This document shows positions 48,086-56,308 of a stretch of 64,000 nt of DNA, in pieces. Numbering within the stretch: the stretch's first letter is position 1; every line of letters starts with the position of its first letter. The translations under genes were made by a program, and so were the position numbers. This stretch comes from Gammaproteobacteria bacterium (GTDB lineage Bacteria; Pseudomonadota; Gammaproteobacteria; G965277405). Location of the stretch: contig OZ255726.1 of the NCBI GenBank assembly GCA_965277405.1, positions 256,001 through 320,000 of the forward strand, in the 5' to 3' direction. The notes under the pieces are model-generated. The model did not search any database, was not told the DNA's origin, and saw only the letters and a program-made list of their open reading frames with translations.

Positions 48086-49264
48086 ATGACTAACACGGTA
48101 ATTGTTGCCGCAAAACGCACCGCAATCGGCAATTTTCTTGGTGGTTTAAAAACTCTACCAGCGCATGAATTAGGAAGTGTGGTTATCAAGCAGCTGCTCT
48201 GCGATACCCAAATTGATCCGACCCTGATTGATGAAGTAATTATGGGGCAGATCCTGACTGCAGCAGCAGGTCAAAACCCTGCCAGGCAGGCGGCAATTAC
48301 GGCTGGAATAGGGATTCAGACGCCTGCTATTACTATCAACAAATTATGTGGCAGCGGCATGAAAGCAATTCATATGGCTGCACAAGCAATTATGTGCGGC
48401 GATGCAGATATAATCGTTGCCGGCGGACAGGAAAGCATGTCACAGGCGCCGCATGTGTTAACAGGCGGACGCAATGGTTGGCGCATGGGCGATGCGCAGT
48501 TACAAGATACCATGATTCTCGACGGGCTAACATGCGCTATCAACGGCTACCACATGGGCATAACTGCAGAAAACATAGCCAAACAGTTTACGATTAGCCG
48601 TGAGGCACAAGATGCATTTGCATTGGATTCACAACATACAGCTGCATGCGCCCAACGTGCTGGTAAATTTGCCAATGAAATAGTCCCGGTTTCAGTCCCA
48701 CAACGCGCCAACGACCCTATTATTGTCGACCAAGATGAAGGTATTCACCACGACTTAGAGATTGCATCCCTGGCAAAGATGCGCCCAGCGTTTGACCACG
48801 CAGGGAGTGTAACAGTTGGCAATGCATCAGGTATTAACGATGGCGCTGCAGCGGTAATCGTGATGAGTGAACACAAAGCTGCAGAACTCGGTTTAGCACC
48901 ATTGGCGCGGATTGTTGCATATGCAACAGCAGGTGTAGACCCTGCAATTATGGGCACAGGGCCAATTCCTGCAACCCGCACATGTTTAGCCCGTGCTGGC
49001 TGGCACTTGGCTGAGCTAGAGGTAATAGAAGCGAATGAAGCATTTGCAGCACAGGCAATTGCAGTCAACCAGCAGCTTGATTGGGATAGCAACATTGTCA
49101 ATGTCAACGGCGGAGCAATAGCACTTGGGCACCCTGTCGGGGCGTCAGGCGCAAGAATTGTCGCAACATTAATCCATGCAATGATTGATAGAAATGCTCA
49201 TAAAGGTTTAGCGACAATGTGCATTGGTGGCGGTCAAGGAATTGCCATCGCCATCCAAAGATAA
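48086..49264 (+). CDS. phaA: Acetyl-CoA acetyltransferase (beta-ketothiolase)
   Basis: GQNPARQ, NKLCGSG, GNASGINDGA, NEAFA, GHPVGASG, CIGGGQG. Confidence 0.93.
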   Translation: MTNTVIVAAKRTAIGNFLGGLKTLPAHELGSVVIKQLLCDTQIDPTLIDEVIMGQILTAAAGQNPARQAAITAGIGIQTPAITINKLCGSGMKAIHMAAQAIMCGDADIIVAGGQESMSQAPHVLTGGRNGWRMGDAQLQDTMILDGLTCAINGYHMGITAENIAKQFTISREAQDAFALDSQHTAACAQRAGKFANEIVPVSVPQRANDPIIVDQDEGIHHDLEIASLAKMRPAFDHAGSVTVGNASGINDGAAAVIVMSEHKAAELGLAPLARIVAYATAGVDPAIMGTGPIPATRTCLARAGWHLAELEVIEANEAFAAQAIAVNQQLDWDSNIVNVNGGAIALGHPVGASGARIVATLIHAMIDRNAHKGLATMCIGGGQGIAIAIQR

Positions 49265-49272
49265 GCGGAAAT

Positions 49273-49367
49273 ATGCAACGAGTGGCGTTAGTCACGGGGG
49301 AAATTGCTGGCATCGGTACGGCTATCTGTCAGCAGTTAGCCGCAAAAAAAGTAACGGTGTCTGCAAA
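49273..49367 (+). pseudogene. phaB: Acetoacetyl-CoA reductase 5' stub truncated at a MITE
   Basis: MQRVALVTGEIAGIGTAICQQLA, an SDR Rossmann start directly after phaA. Confidence 0.8.
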
Positions 49368-49653
49368 GGAAGCTCTGATTAAGTCGCTGATGGAGCGAGT
49401 TTGATGGCAAGTGCTGATGATTGCAAGGCGCTAAGCGCATGCCATAGCATATACGCCAAGGGATGCAACGCAGCAAGTACCACTGCCGCAAACTCAAAGT
49501 ATATGCAACACAACGACGGGAAAAAAGCAGTACTAACGTCGTTGCTGCACTTGGCAACACCCACAAGACCACCAGTGTTATCTGCGCACTGCGTCTAGTT
49601 ATCATCAGCGTTTTTTCTCCTTCTCGCCCGTCATGGACTTAATCAGAGCTTCC
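49368..49653 (+). mobile_element. MITE copy (286 bp)
   Basis: GGAAGCTCTGATTAAG ... CTTAATCAGAGCTTCC; flanks CAAA / TTAG do not match. Confidence 0.9.
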
Positions 49654-49734
49654 TTAGATGGTATGCTGCTTTAATACCGCCTAGCGCCAGGCTGAACGAG
49701 CAGCATATTAGTATATTAACTATCGCTATAACTC

Positions 49735-50937
49735 ATGTTTAATCAAAATCCATTTTTCAATTCACCGTGGGGGCAGCATGGGGGACAGCCAGCAGACTGG
49801 GCGCAACAAGTAATGTCGCTGTGGCAGCAGGCACAGCAAATGTGGTCAAATCAATTATCGGTAATGCAAACGGTGCAAACCCTGTTTGAGCACATCGACA
49901 GCATGCCAGCTAGTGGCATTGATATGGCTAAAATCGAAAACCTTATTAAATCGATGATGACGACCTCATTGCATACTAATTTAGGGATACACGAGCAACA
50001 CTCACAAATTACTGCGTTGCTACTTTCTCTTGCTAAACAACAGTTTGCACAATGGCACGGCTGGATTGACCAACAACGCAGCGTGCCATTTGCTGGCGAC
50101 AGTCAAGCGGCCGAGGCTGTAAAGCTGCGTCAGCATTTCACGTTGTGGCTGCAAGTGCTGGAAACATCACAGGCACTTTCGCAACATATTGAGGAAATTG
50201 CCAATGCACGAATTGCTGTTGCATCAGCCAAATTGCATGAAGAATTACAGCGCATTGATAACCCGCAGCAATTGTTTGATCTGTTGGTGAGGTGTAGTCA
50301 AGAGCACCTGCAATTCATCGCAGCGTCACCAGAATATAGCCAAAGTTATGGTGAATGGGTGAATGCAATTACAGCGCTACGCATTGATCAACAAACATTC
50401 ATCGATGCAACAGTTGAAGCATTGGGACTACCATCAAAACGTGAAATGGATACCAATCATTCGCGGGTACACAATCACAGCAAACGCCTGCGGCATATGC
50501 AACAGCAAATAGCAGCAACTGAATCTGAGTTACTAGCCGTCAGCCAACACAGCAACGAGCTGGCAGCAAACCTCGCAATGACTAGCGCAAAACAGGCAGC
50601 GCAACAACAACAACTCGATGATATTGCTGCGGCAACAGTGCAGCACCAGGCATTAGCACAAAACATCAGCGCGCATTCACAACAACTTGCCGCTGACGAA
50701 CTAGCCGTTGCGGCGTTGCAGTTACAGGCAAAAATGCTAGAAAAAAGCAGCCAACAAGTCGAAAAAAAATTAACATGGATAATTGAGCAAACCACAGCGA
50801 CAACAGCATTAAGTGAGCAAATAAGCGCTTTGCTGGCAAGAATTCAAACAATTGAACAAAAAATATCAAGCAACGTGCCGCAACAACCAGCAACAGCCAA
50901 GCCAACCGCTAATAATCCTGGAGATAATAGATGCTAG
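49735..50937 (+). CDS. phaE: Class III PHA synthase subunit PhaE with a C-terminal coiled-coil extension
   Basis: S.EYSQSYGEWVNA, LGLPSKREMD..H.RVH; overlaps the phaC start. Confidence 0.78.
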   Translation: MFNQNPFFNSPWGQHGGQPADWAQQVMSLWQQAQQMWSNQLSVMQTVQTLFEHIDSMPASGIDMAKIENLIKSMMTTSLHTNLGIHEQHSQITALLLSLAKQQFAQWHGWIDQQRSVPFAGDSQAAEAVKLRQHFTLWLQVLETSQALSQHIEEIANARIAVASAKLHEELQRIDNPQQLFDLLVRCSQEHLQFIAASPEYSQSYGEWVNAITALRIDQQTFIDATVEALGLPSKREMDTNHSRVHNHSKRLRHMQQQIAATESELLAVSQHSNELAANLAMTSAKQAAQQQQLDDIAAATVQHQALAQNISAHSQQLAADELAVAALQLQAKMLEKSSQQVEKKLTWIIEQTTATTALSEQISALLARIQTIEQKISSNVPQQPATAKPTANNPGDNRC

Positions 50938-51965
50938 ACCAGTGGACTGCATGGTCGCAGCAAGCGCAAACCGCAGCCGCAGTATTGCAAGGCATTACCG
51001 ATATTGATGTTGGTAGCGCGCCAAAAAATCTGGTCTACCAACAAGATAAAATAAGGTTGTATCAATATTTGGCAACGGCAGCTAGCAAAAAAACGCGGCC
51101 TACGCTGATTGTGTATGCCTTGGTCAATAAGTACTACATAATGGATCTTGATGAAAATCATTCAATCATCCAACGCCTGCTAGCACACGGCGAAAACCTG
51201 TATTTAATAGATTGGGGCTACCCTGATCCAGCAGATCGCATGTTGGATTTTGATGATTATATCAACGGATATCTTGCGGACTGTGTGGCACAAGTTTGTC
51301 AACACACAGGGTTTGAGAGCATCAATATTTTAGGGGTTTGTCAGGGCGGCACCATCTCATTGTGCTATACGGCACTCCACCCTGCCACAATTGCCAATAT
51401 CATTACCATGGTTACCCCTGTTGATTTTAGCAAAGGCAACAATATATTGCGCCAACAAGCACAGCATATTGATGCACAGCAGGCCGTTGCTGCGCTTGGG
51501 AATATTAGCGGGAACATCCTCAATCAAACGTTTGCAACGTTCAATCCCATCACCATGAATGGAGTAAAACAATTGCAGGCCGTTGCTAAATTACAAACGG
51601 TTGCGAGCGCAATGTTTTTTTTGCGCATGGACAAATGGCTGCATGATAGTCCAGCTCAAACTGGCACCATGTTTCGTCAATTCATCATGGCGATGTATCA
51701 ACAGAACTTGCTGATACAAGGCAGGCTAACGATTGATAACGTCATTGTTGATTTAAGCAACATCAGCCAACCTGTATTAAACATTTACGGACACGCCGAT
51801 CGCATCGTCCCGCCCGCATCATCAACAGCATTGCAAACAGCCGTGAGTAGCAAAGACTATACCGAGGTCGGTTTTGCGGCGGGACATATTGGCATTTATG
51901 TCAGCCACAAGTGCTTACAAGCAGTGCCCGCAACCATTCATGAATGGTTGCATCAACACCAATAA
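50931..51965 (+). CDS. phaC: Class III PHA synthase subunit PhaC
   Basis: YALVNKYYIMDL, LIDWGYP, lipase box GVCQGG, TPVDF, FLRMDKW, DRIVPP, GHIG; 344 aa. Confidence 0.93.
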   Translation: MLDQWTAWSQQAQTAAAVLQGITDIDVGSAPKNLVYQQDKIRLYQYLATAASKKTRPTLIVYALVNKYYIMDLDENHSIIQRLLAHGENLYLIDWGYPDPADRMLDFDDYINGYLADCVAQVCQHTGFESINILGVCQGGTISLCYTALHPATIANIITMVTPVDFSKGNNILRQQAQHIDAQQAVAALGNISGNILNQTFATFNPITMNGVKQLQAVAKLQTVASAMFFLRMDKWLHDSPAQTGTMFRQFIMAMYQQNLLIQGRLTIDNVIVDLSNISQPVLNIYGHADRIVPPASSTALQTAVSSKDYTEVGFAAGHIGIYVSHKCLQAVPATIHEWLHQHQ

Positions 51966-51968
51966 AAC

Positions 51969-53390
51969 ATGGATTTTGATCACGCTATTTTTCGCGCATA
52001 TGATATTCGTGGCATAGTTAACGAAAATTTTACAACAGAGATTGTCTACAACATTGGTCATGCTTTTGGCAGTTGTATCCGCCGTGCCAACTTACGCAAA
52101 GTAGCACTAGGCTGTGACGGCAGGCTTTCTAGCCCAACCCTAGTACGGGTATTACAACAAGGGTTATTGGCAAGCGGCTGTACTGTTATAGACATCGGTC
52201 AAGTTGCAACACCACTGTTGTATTTTGCTGCCAGCCACCATGCGCAAGGCAGCGGAATAATGCTAACAGGCAGCCATAACCCCAAAGATTATAACGGCTG
52301 CAAAATGCAAATTGGCGGCGCTCCAGTGGCAGTTGATGGCATTCAACGGCTAGCCAAAATGATTTCATCCCAAGATTATGAACACGGTCAAGGTCGTCAC
52401 ATTCCGTGGAACATCGTCGATGAATATATCGACAAAGTTTGTGCAATTACCAAATTGCGCCACAGCCACAACTACTACACTATTTGTATTGACGCAGGAA
52501 ATGGTGTAGCAGGTTCGATAGCACCGCGATTATTTCGTGCCTTAGGCTGTGCAGTAATAGAATTATATTGTGATGTTGATGGTAATTTCCCCAATCATCA
52601 CCCCAACCCCAGCGATCCAGCCAACCTTATCGACTTAATCGCCGCGACAACTACCAGCAACGCCCACGTTGGCTTTGCATTTGATGGTGATGGTGATCGC
52701 CTCGGTGTGATTACCAACGCAGGTAGCAATGTGTTTGCAGATAAGCTGTTATCGCTGTATATGCAAGACGTATTGTCGCGCAACGCGGGAGCCACGATTA
52801 TTTATGACGTCAAAAGCACGCATTTGTTAGCAGGGCAAATTCGCGCTGCAGGTGGCGTGCCATTGATGTGGTCAACAGGACATTCGTTAATTAAGCAAAA
52901 AATGCAAGAAACCCAAGCACTGCTCGCAGGCGAAATGAGTGGGCATATTTTTTTTGCAGAGAACTGGATAGGCTGTGATGACGCGTTACTCGCAGGCGCC
53001 AGGCTGTTGCAAATTATAGATAAGCAAACAGATAATTCCGTTACCCAATTAGACACAATGCTGGCGAAAATACCGTCTTGGCTAGCTACGCCAGAAATAA
53101 ATCTTGCTGTTGGCGATGTTGAAAAATTTAAAATTGTTGCCGCATTACAACAATTGCATTTTGCCAACGCTAATGTCGTGACGATGGATGGCATTCGAGT
53201 TGAATATCAAGACGGCTGGGGACTGATTCGCGCCTCTAATACCAGCCCAATATTAGTGCTGCGTTTTGAGGCAGAGAACAAAGCAAGGATGGCGCAAATC
53301 GCCAATATCATGCTGCACGCCCTAGCAAGTGTTCAACCAACACTGGCATTAGCTGCAGTATATCAAAGCGTAGCTAATTGCACTAAATAG
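51969..53390 (+). CDS. Phosphomannomutase/phosphoglucomutase (AlgC-type)
   Basis: FRAYDIRG, TGSHNP, FDGDGDR, GEMSGH, RASNT. Confidence 0.95.
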   Translation: MDFDHAIFRAYDIRGIVNENFTTEIVYNIGHAFGSCIRRANLRKVALGCDGRLSSPTLVRVLQQGLLASGCTVIDIGQVATPLLYFAASHHAQGSGIMLTGSHNPKDYNGCKMQIGGAPVAVDGIQRLAKMISSQDYEHGQGRHIPWNIVDEYIDKVCAITKLRHSHNYYTICIDAGNGVAGSIAPRLFRALGCAVIELYCDVDGNFPNHHPNPSDPANLIDLIAATTTSNAHVGFAFDGDGDRLGVITNAGSNVFADKLLSLYMQDVLSRNAGATIIYDVKSTHLLAGQIRAAGGVPLMWSTGHSLIKQKMQETQALLAGEMSGHIFFAENWIGCDDALLAGARLLQIIDKQTDNSVTQLDTMLAKIPSWLATPEINLAVGDVEKFKIVAALQQLHFANANVVTMDGIRVEYQDGWGLIRASNTSPILVLRFEAENKARMAQIANIMLHALASVQPTLALAAVYQSVANCTK

Positions 53391-53512
53391 TAGTAATTAC
53401 AGCCCTAACAAGGCAATAATTACCACGGCAAAGCAATACAGCAATGACTAACGCTAGCCACAAACTATTTCATTACTGTAGTTGCTCGCAGTAATATTAG
53501 CTCTGCATTTAA

Positions 53513-53887
53513 TCACTCAGTGCATTTAGAACTTACCACATAAGTTGTTTGGTTAAACTGCTGCCACGCACCAGTCCCTAAGCCATCAACAATAAAAATA
53601 GATATAAGACCGTAATCGAGTGGAATACCTAATAATGTTGTTGCATCAAATGATTTGAGTACAGGTATTGTTACAGATTGACACGAATCTTCAACACGAA
53701 TACTGTATTTTTCTTTTTTCTTAAACGTGGTAACTGCAATACCATCACCTAAGTAAGCCTCATTTACAAAAATCTTAGCTTTAGGGTTGGTACTCCTAAT
53801 GGAAATTTGTTGAGTAGCCCCATTGAACATTGCTGCACAACCACTCAAAAGTAACGCAGCTGTAATAATAGATAATATCTTTCGCAT
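53513..53887 (-). CDS. Small lipoprotein (PEGA-like)
   Basis: Lipobox LSGC; AKIFVNEAYLG; AT-rich. Confidence 0.7.
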   Translation of the reverse strand: MRKILSIITAALLLSGCAAMFNGATQQISIRSTNPKAKIFVNEAYLGDGIAVTTFKKKEKYSIRVEDSCQSVTIPVLKSFDATTLLGIPLDYGLISIFIVDGLGTGAWQQFNQTTYVVSSKCTE

Positions 53888-53974
53888 TTGAAAACCTCAA
53901 GTCACATTATTAATAATACTTTGAGCGTACTATAAATGATTAATTAAGTACAACCAATATTATCAATAAATTAT

Positions 53975-54023
53975 AGTAACCGCTGATTAACTCGCTGATG
54001 GAGCGAGTTAATCAGCGGTTTCC
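53975..54023. repeat. 49-bp fold-back mini-element built from the MITE end
   Basis: Perfect 19-bp stem AACCGCTGATTAACTCGCT / AGCGAGTTAATCAGCGGTT with loop GATGG. Confidence 0.85.
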
Positions 54024-54262
54024 GTGAGGAAATACGCACTTACCTTGCTGAATAAAGACCTGCTGCTGGCGAGCAAGTGGCACAGCAGCTTAAACAAACG
54101 ATTGCTATGCTGGCTGCTCATCCTCAACGTGGACAACCTGCACTGCTGGACGAATTTCATGAATTACTAGGTGGCTGCCCTTGGTGATTGCTAACAAGGT
54201 GATAAGCTAATAATTGTTGGTATATTTCACAACAAACAACAGCCTATCTGGTGGCAAATATG
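54024..54262 (+). pseudogene. RelE/ParE-family toxin remnant
   Basis: EEIRTYLAE*RPAAGEQVAQQLKQTIAMLAAHPQRGQP..ELL ... LIIVGIFHNKQQP..W. Confidence 0.65.
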
Positions 54263-54334
54263 ACAGTGGGCAAGAATACATTTTAGCTATAATAGCATGG
54301 CGATAGTTTCAACGCCATGCGCGCAGCAACTTAC

Positions 54335-54418
54335 TACCGGGAGAGAGAATCGAACTCTCACTCCTGTCAAGGAACCGGATTTTGAATCCGGCGCGTCTAC
54401 CAGTTCCGCCACCCCGGC
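54335..54418 (-). tRNA. tRNA-Leu(CAA), CCA not encoded
   Basis: GCCGGGGTGGCGGAACTGGTAGACGCG-CCGGA-TTCAAAA-TCCGG, long variable arm, GTTCGATTC. Confidence 0.92.
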
Positions 54419-54457
54419 AGTACCACAAGTATCAATGTTTATGCAACAAATTCAATC

Positions 54458-55465
54458 ATGCAACTAGCAGATTATAGCTTTGATTTACCCAATCGGTTAA
54501 TCGCTCGTCATCCTAGCCCGCAACGCAGCCACAGCCAGCTGCTGCAGGTGCGCCGCCAGCGCCTTAAGCTGCAAGATTGGCGTTTTGCTGACTTGCCGCA
54601 GCTACTCAAGCCCAATGATTTATTAGTGCTGAATGATACCAGGGTATTGCAAGCTAGGTTGCAACTGCGCAACACAGCTGGTGCTGGCGTATCGCTACTG
54701 ATTAACCGACTGCTCGATGGCCAGCGTGCCGACGCCCTGGCATATGGCTTGCGTAAACTCAAAGTTGGCGATGTATTGGCGGATGCCAGCAATAACTGGC
54801 GCTTTGAAATCATGCAAAAATACCCGCGCAGCATCGAAATTCGCCTGCTTGGCGGCGCAACAATTATTGCATGCTGTAAGGCAATTGGCGCAGTGCCATT
54901 GCCGCCATATTTACGCAGAGAGCCAATTGCTGAGGATACACAACGCTATCAAACGGTGTATGCGCAGCATATGGGCGCGGCTGCTGCGCCAACTGCGGGG
55001 CTGCATTTTGACCAGAGCCTGTTGGCAGCATTACGCGCCAATTCAATTCAAATTGCCACTATCACCCTGCACGTTGGCGCTGGTACTTTTTTACCGCTGC
55101 ACAGCCTAGAGCAACAGTATTTGCATAGCGAAAACTACCACATACCCGAGGCTACGTTAACGGCAATTAGCGCATGCCGCCGCCGTGGTGGGAAAGTGAT
55201 AGCAGTTGGCACCACCACCACCAGAGCATTGGAAAGCTGCCAAGGGAGAAGCGGTGGTAATTCGACTCAATTGTTCATTAAGCCTGGCTATCAATTTAAA
55301 TATGTTGATAGCATGATTACTAATTTTCACTTACCGCAGTCATCACTATTGCTGCTGGTGGCGGCATTTACAGGATTTGCCACCATGCAACACGCATATC
55401 AATATGCCATTGCAAATAACTGGCGGTTTTACACCTATGGCGATGCGATGTTGCTTAGCCAATAA
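54458..55465 (+). CDS. queA: S-adenosylmethionine:tRNA ribosyltransferase-isomerase
   Basis: FDLP..LIA..P, NDTRV, PLPPYL, YQTVYA, AAPTAGLHF, TNFHLP, YGDAM. Confidence 0.96.
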   Translation: MQLADYSFDLPNRLIARHPSPQRSHSQLLQVRRQRLKLQDWRFADLPQLLKPNDLLVLNDTRVLQARLQLRNTAGAGVSLLINRLLDGQRADALAYGLRKLKVGDVLADASNNWRFEIMQKYPRSIEIRLLGGATIIACCKAIGAVPLPPYLRREPIAEDTQRYQTVYAQHMGAAAAPTAGLHFDQSLLAALRANSIQIATITLHVGAGTFLPLHSLEQQYLHSENYHIPEATLTAISACRRRGGKVIAVGTTTTRALESCQGRSGGNSTQLFIKPGYQFKYVDSMITNFHLPQSSLLLLVAAFTGFATMQHAYQYAIANNWRFYTYGDAMLLSQ

Positions 55466-56308
55466 TTGCAGCTTGGTGAAGAGGCGATATGCTGGCATCC
55501 ACTTGGATACAGACTGCGATTATAGCGGCTAATGGCAGTCGGCTGCTGGGTTGCTGCTAGCTTAATAGCTTACATAATAGAGGCGCGATATATTGGCTTG
55601 TTGTGCGCTAATGGCGCGGCAAATTGGCAGCGGTCAGTGGTGAGAATGAGCCCCACTTCCTGGCGATATACTGCTTGACGATATGTAGCGGCATTCATTA
55701 TTGGCAGCAGCTTGAGGAATAGCTGGCAGCGTTGCTGTTGCGCTTGGAGCTTGGCTGTATCCTGCTTATACCCTGCTTATATTCTGGCTACACCCTGCTG
55801 GCTATCCCGGCTATATCTTGGCTACATGCATACGCTTGCAGCAAGCAGCCTTAACGCAAAAAAACGATTATTGCAGCAATAATCGTTGTAAGGGGTAATG
55901 CCTAGGGTTATTAACAACTGGACAGGCAATGGATGCAGCGCAAATTGTTTTTTTAGGAGGGGGGGTAAACCTTGGGTGTTAAACTTGGGTGGTATTGGTA
56001 ACGCATCCAATAATAAAATATACAAAAACAACTTGTCATAGCTTATTGAAAATAATAATAAAGTTTGCTAACTATGTTTGTCAACTATGACTGTTAGGGT
56101 TGCGCTTTGTGTGTATTTGGCAGTTGTTTTGCTTTGCTTGTTTAGCAATTTACTAGCTGGTTGACTGTGTTTATTTGGTTGTTGTTACTTTGTTTGTTTG
56201 CTTGTTGTTTAGCTAGTTACTAGCTGTAATGCTTAATACACATAGCCCTACACCCCATTGGAGAATTGATGAAGGGCTATGGTATTTGTTATGATTGCAG
56301 GTTGGTTG

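Noticed and set aside
55466-55830. Loosely repeated GGCGATAT...GCTAATGGC blocks after queA
   Set aside because: Too degenerate to define a unit, ORF or structure
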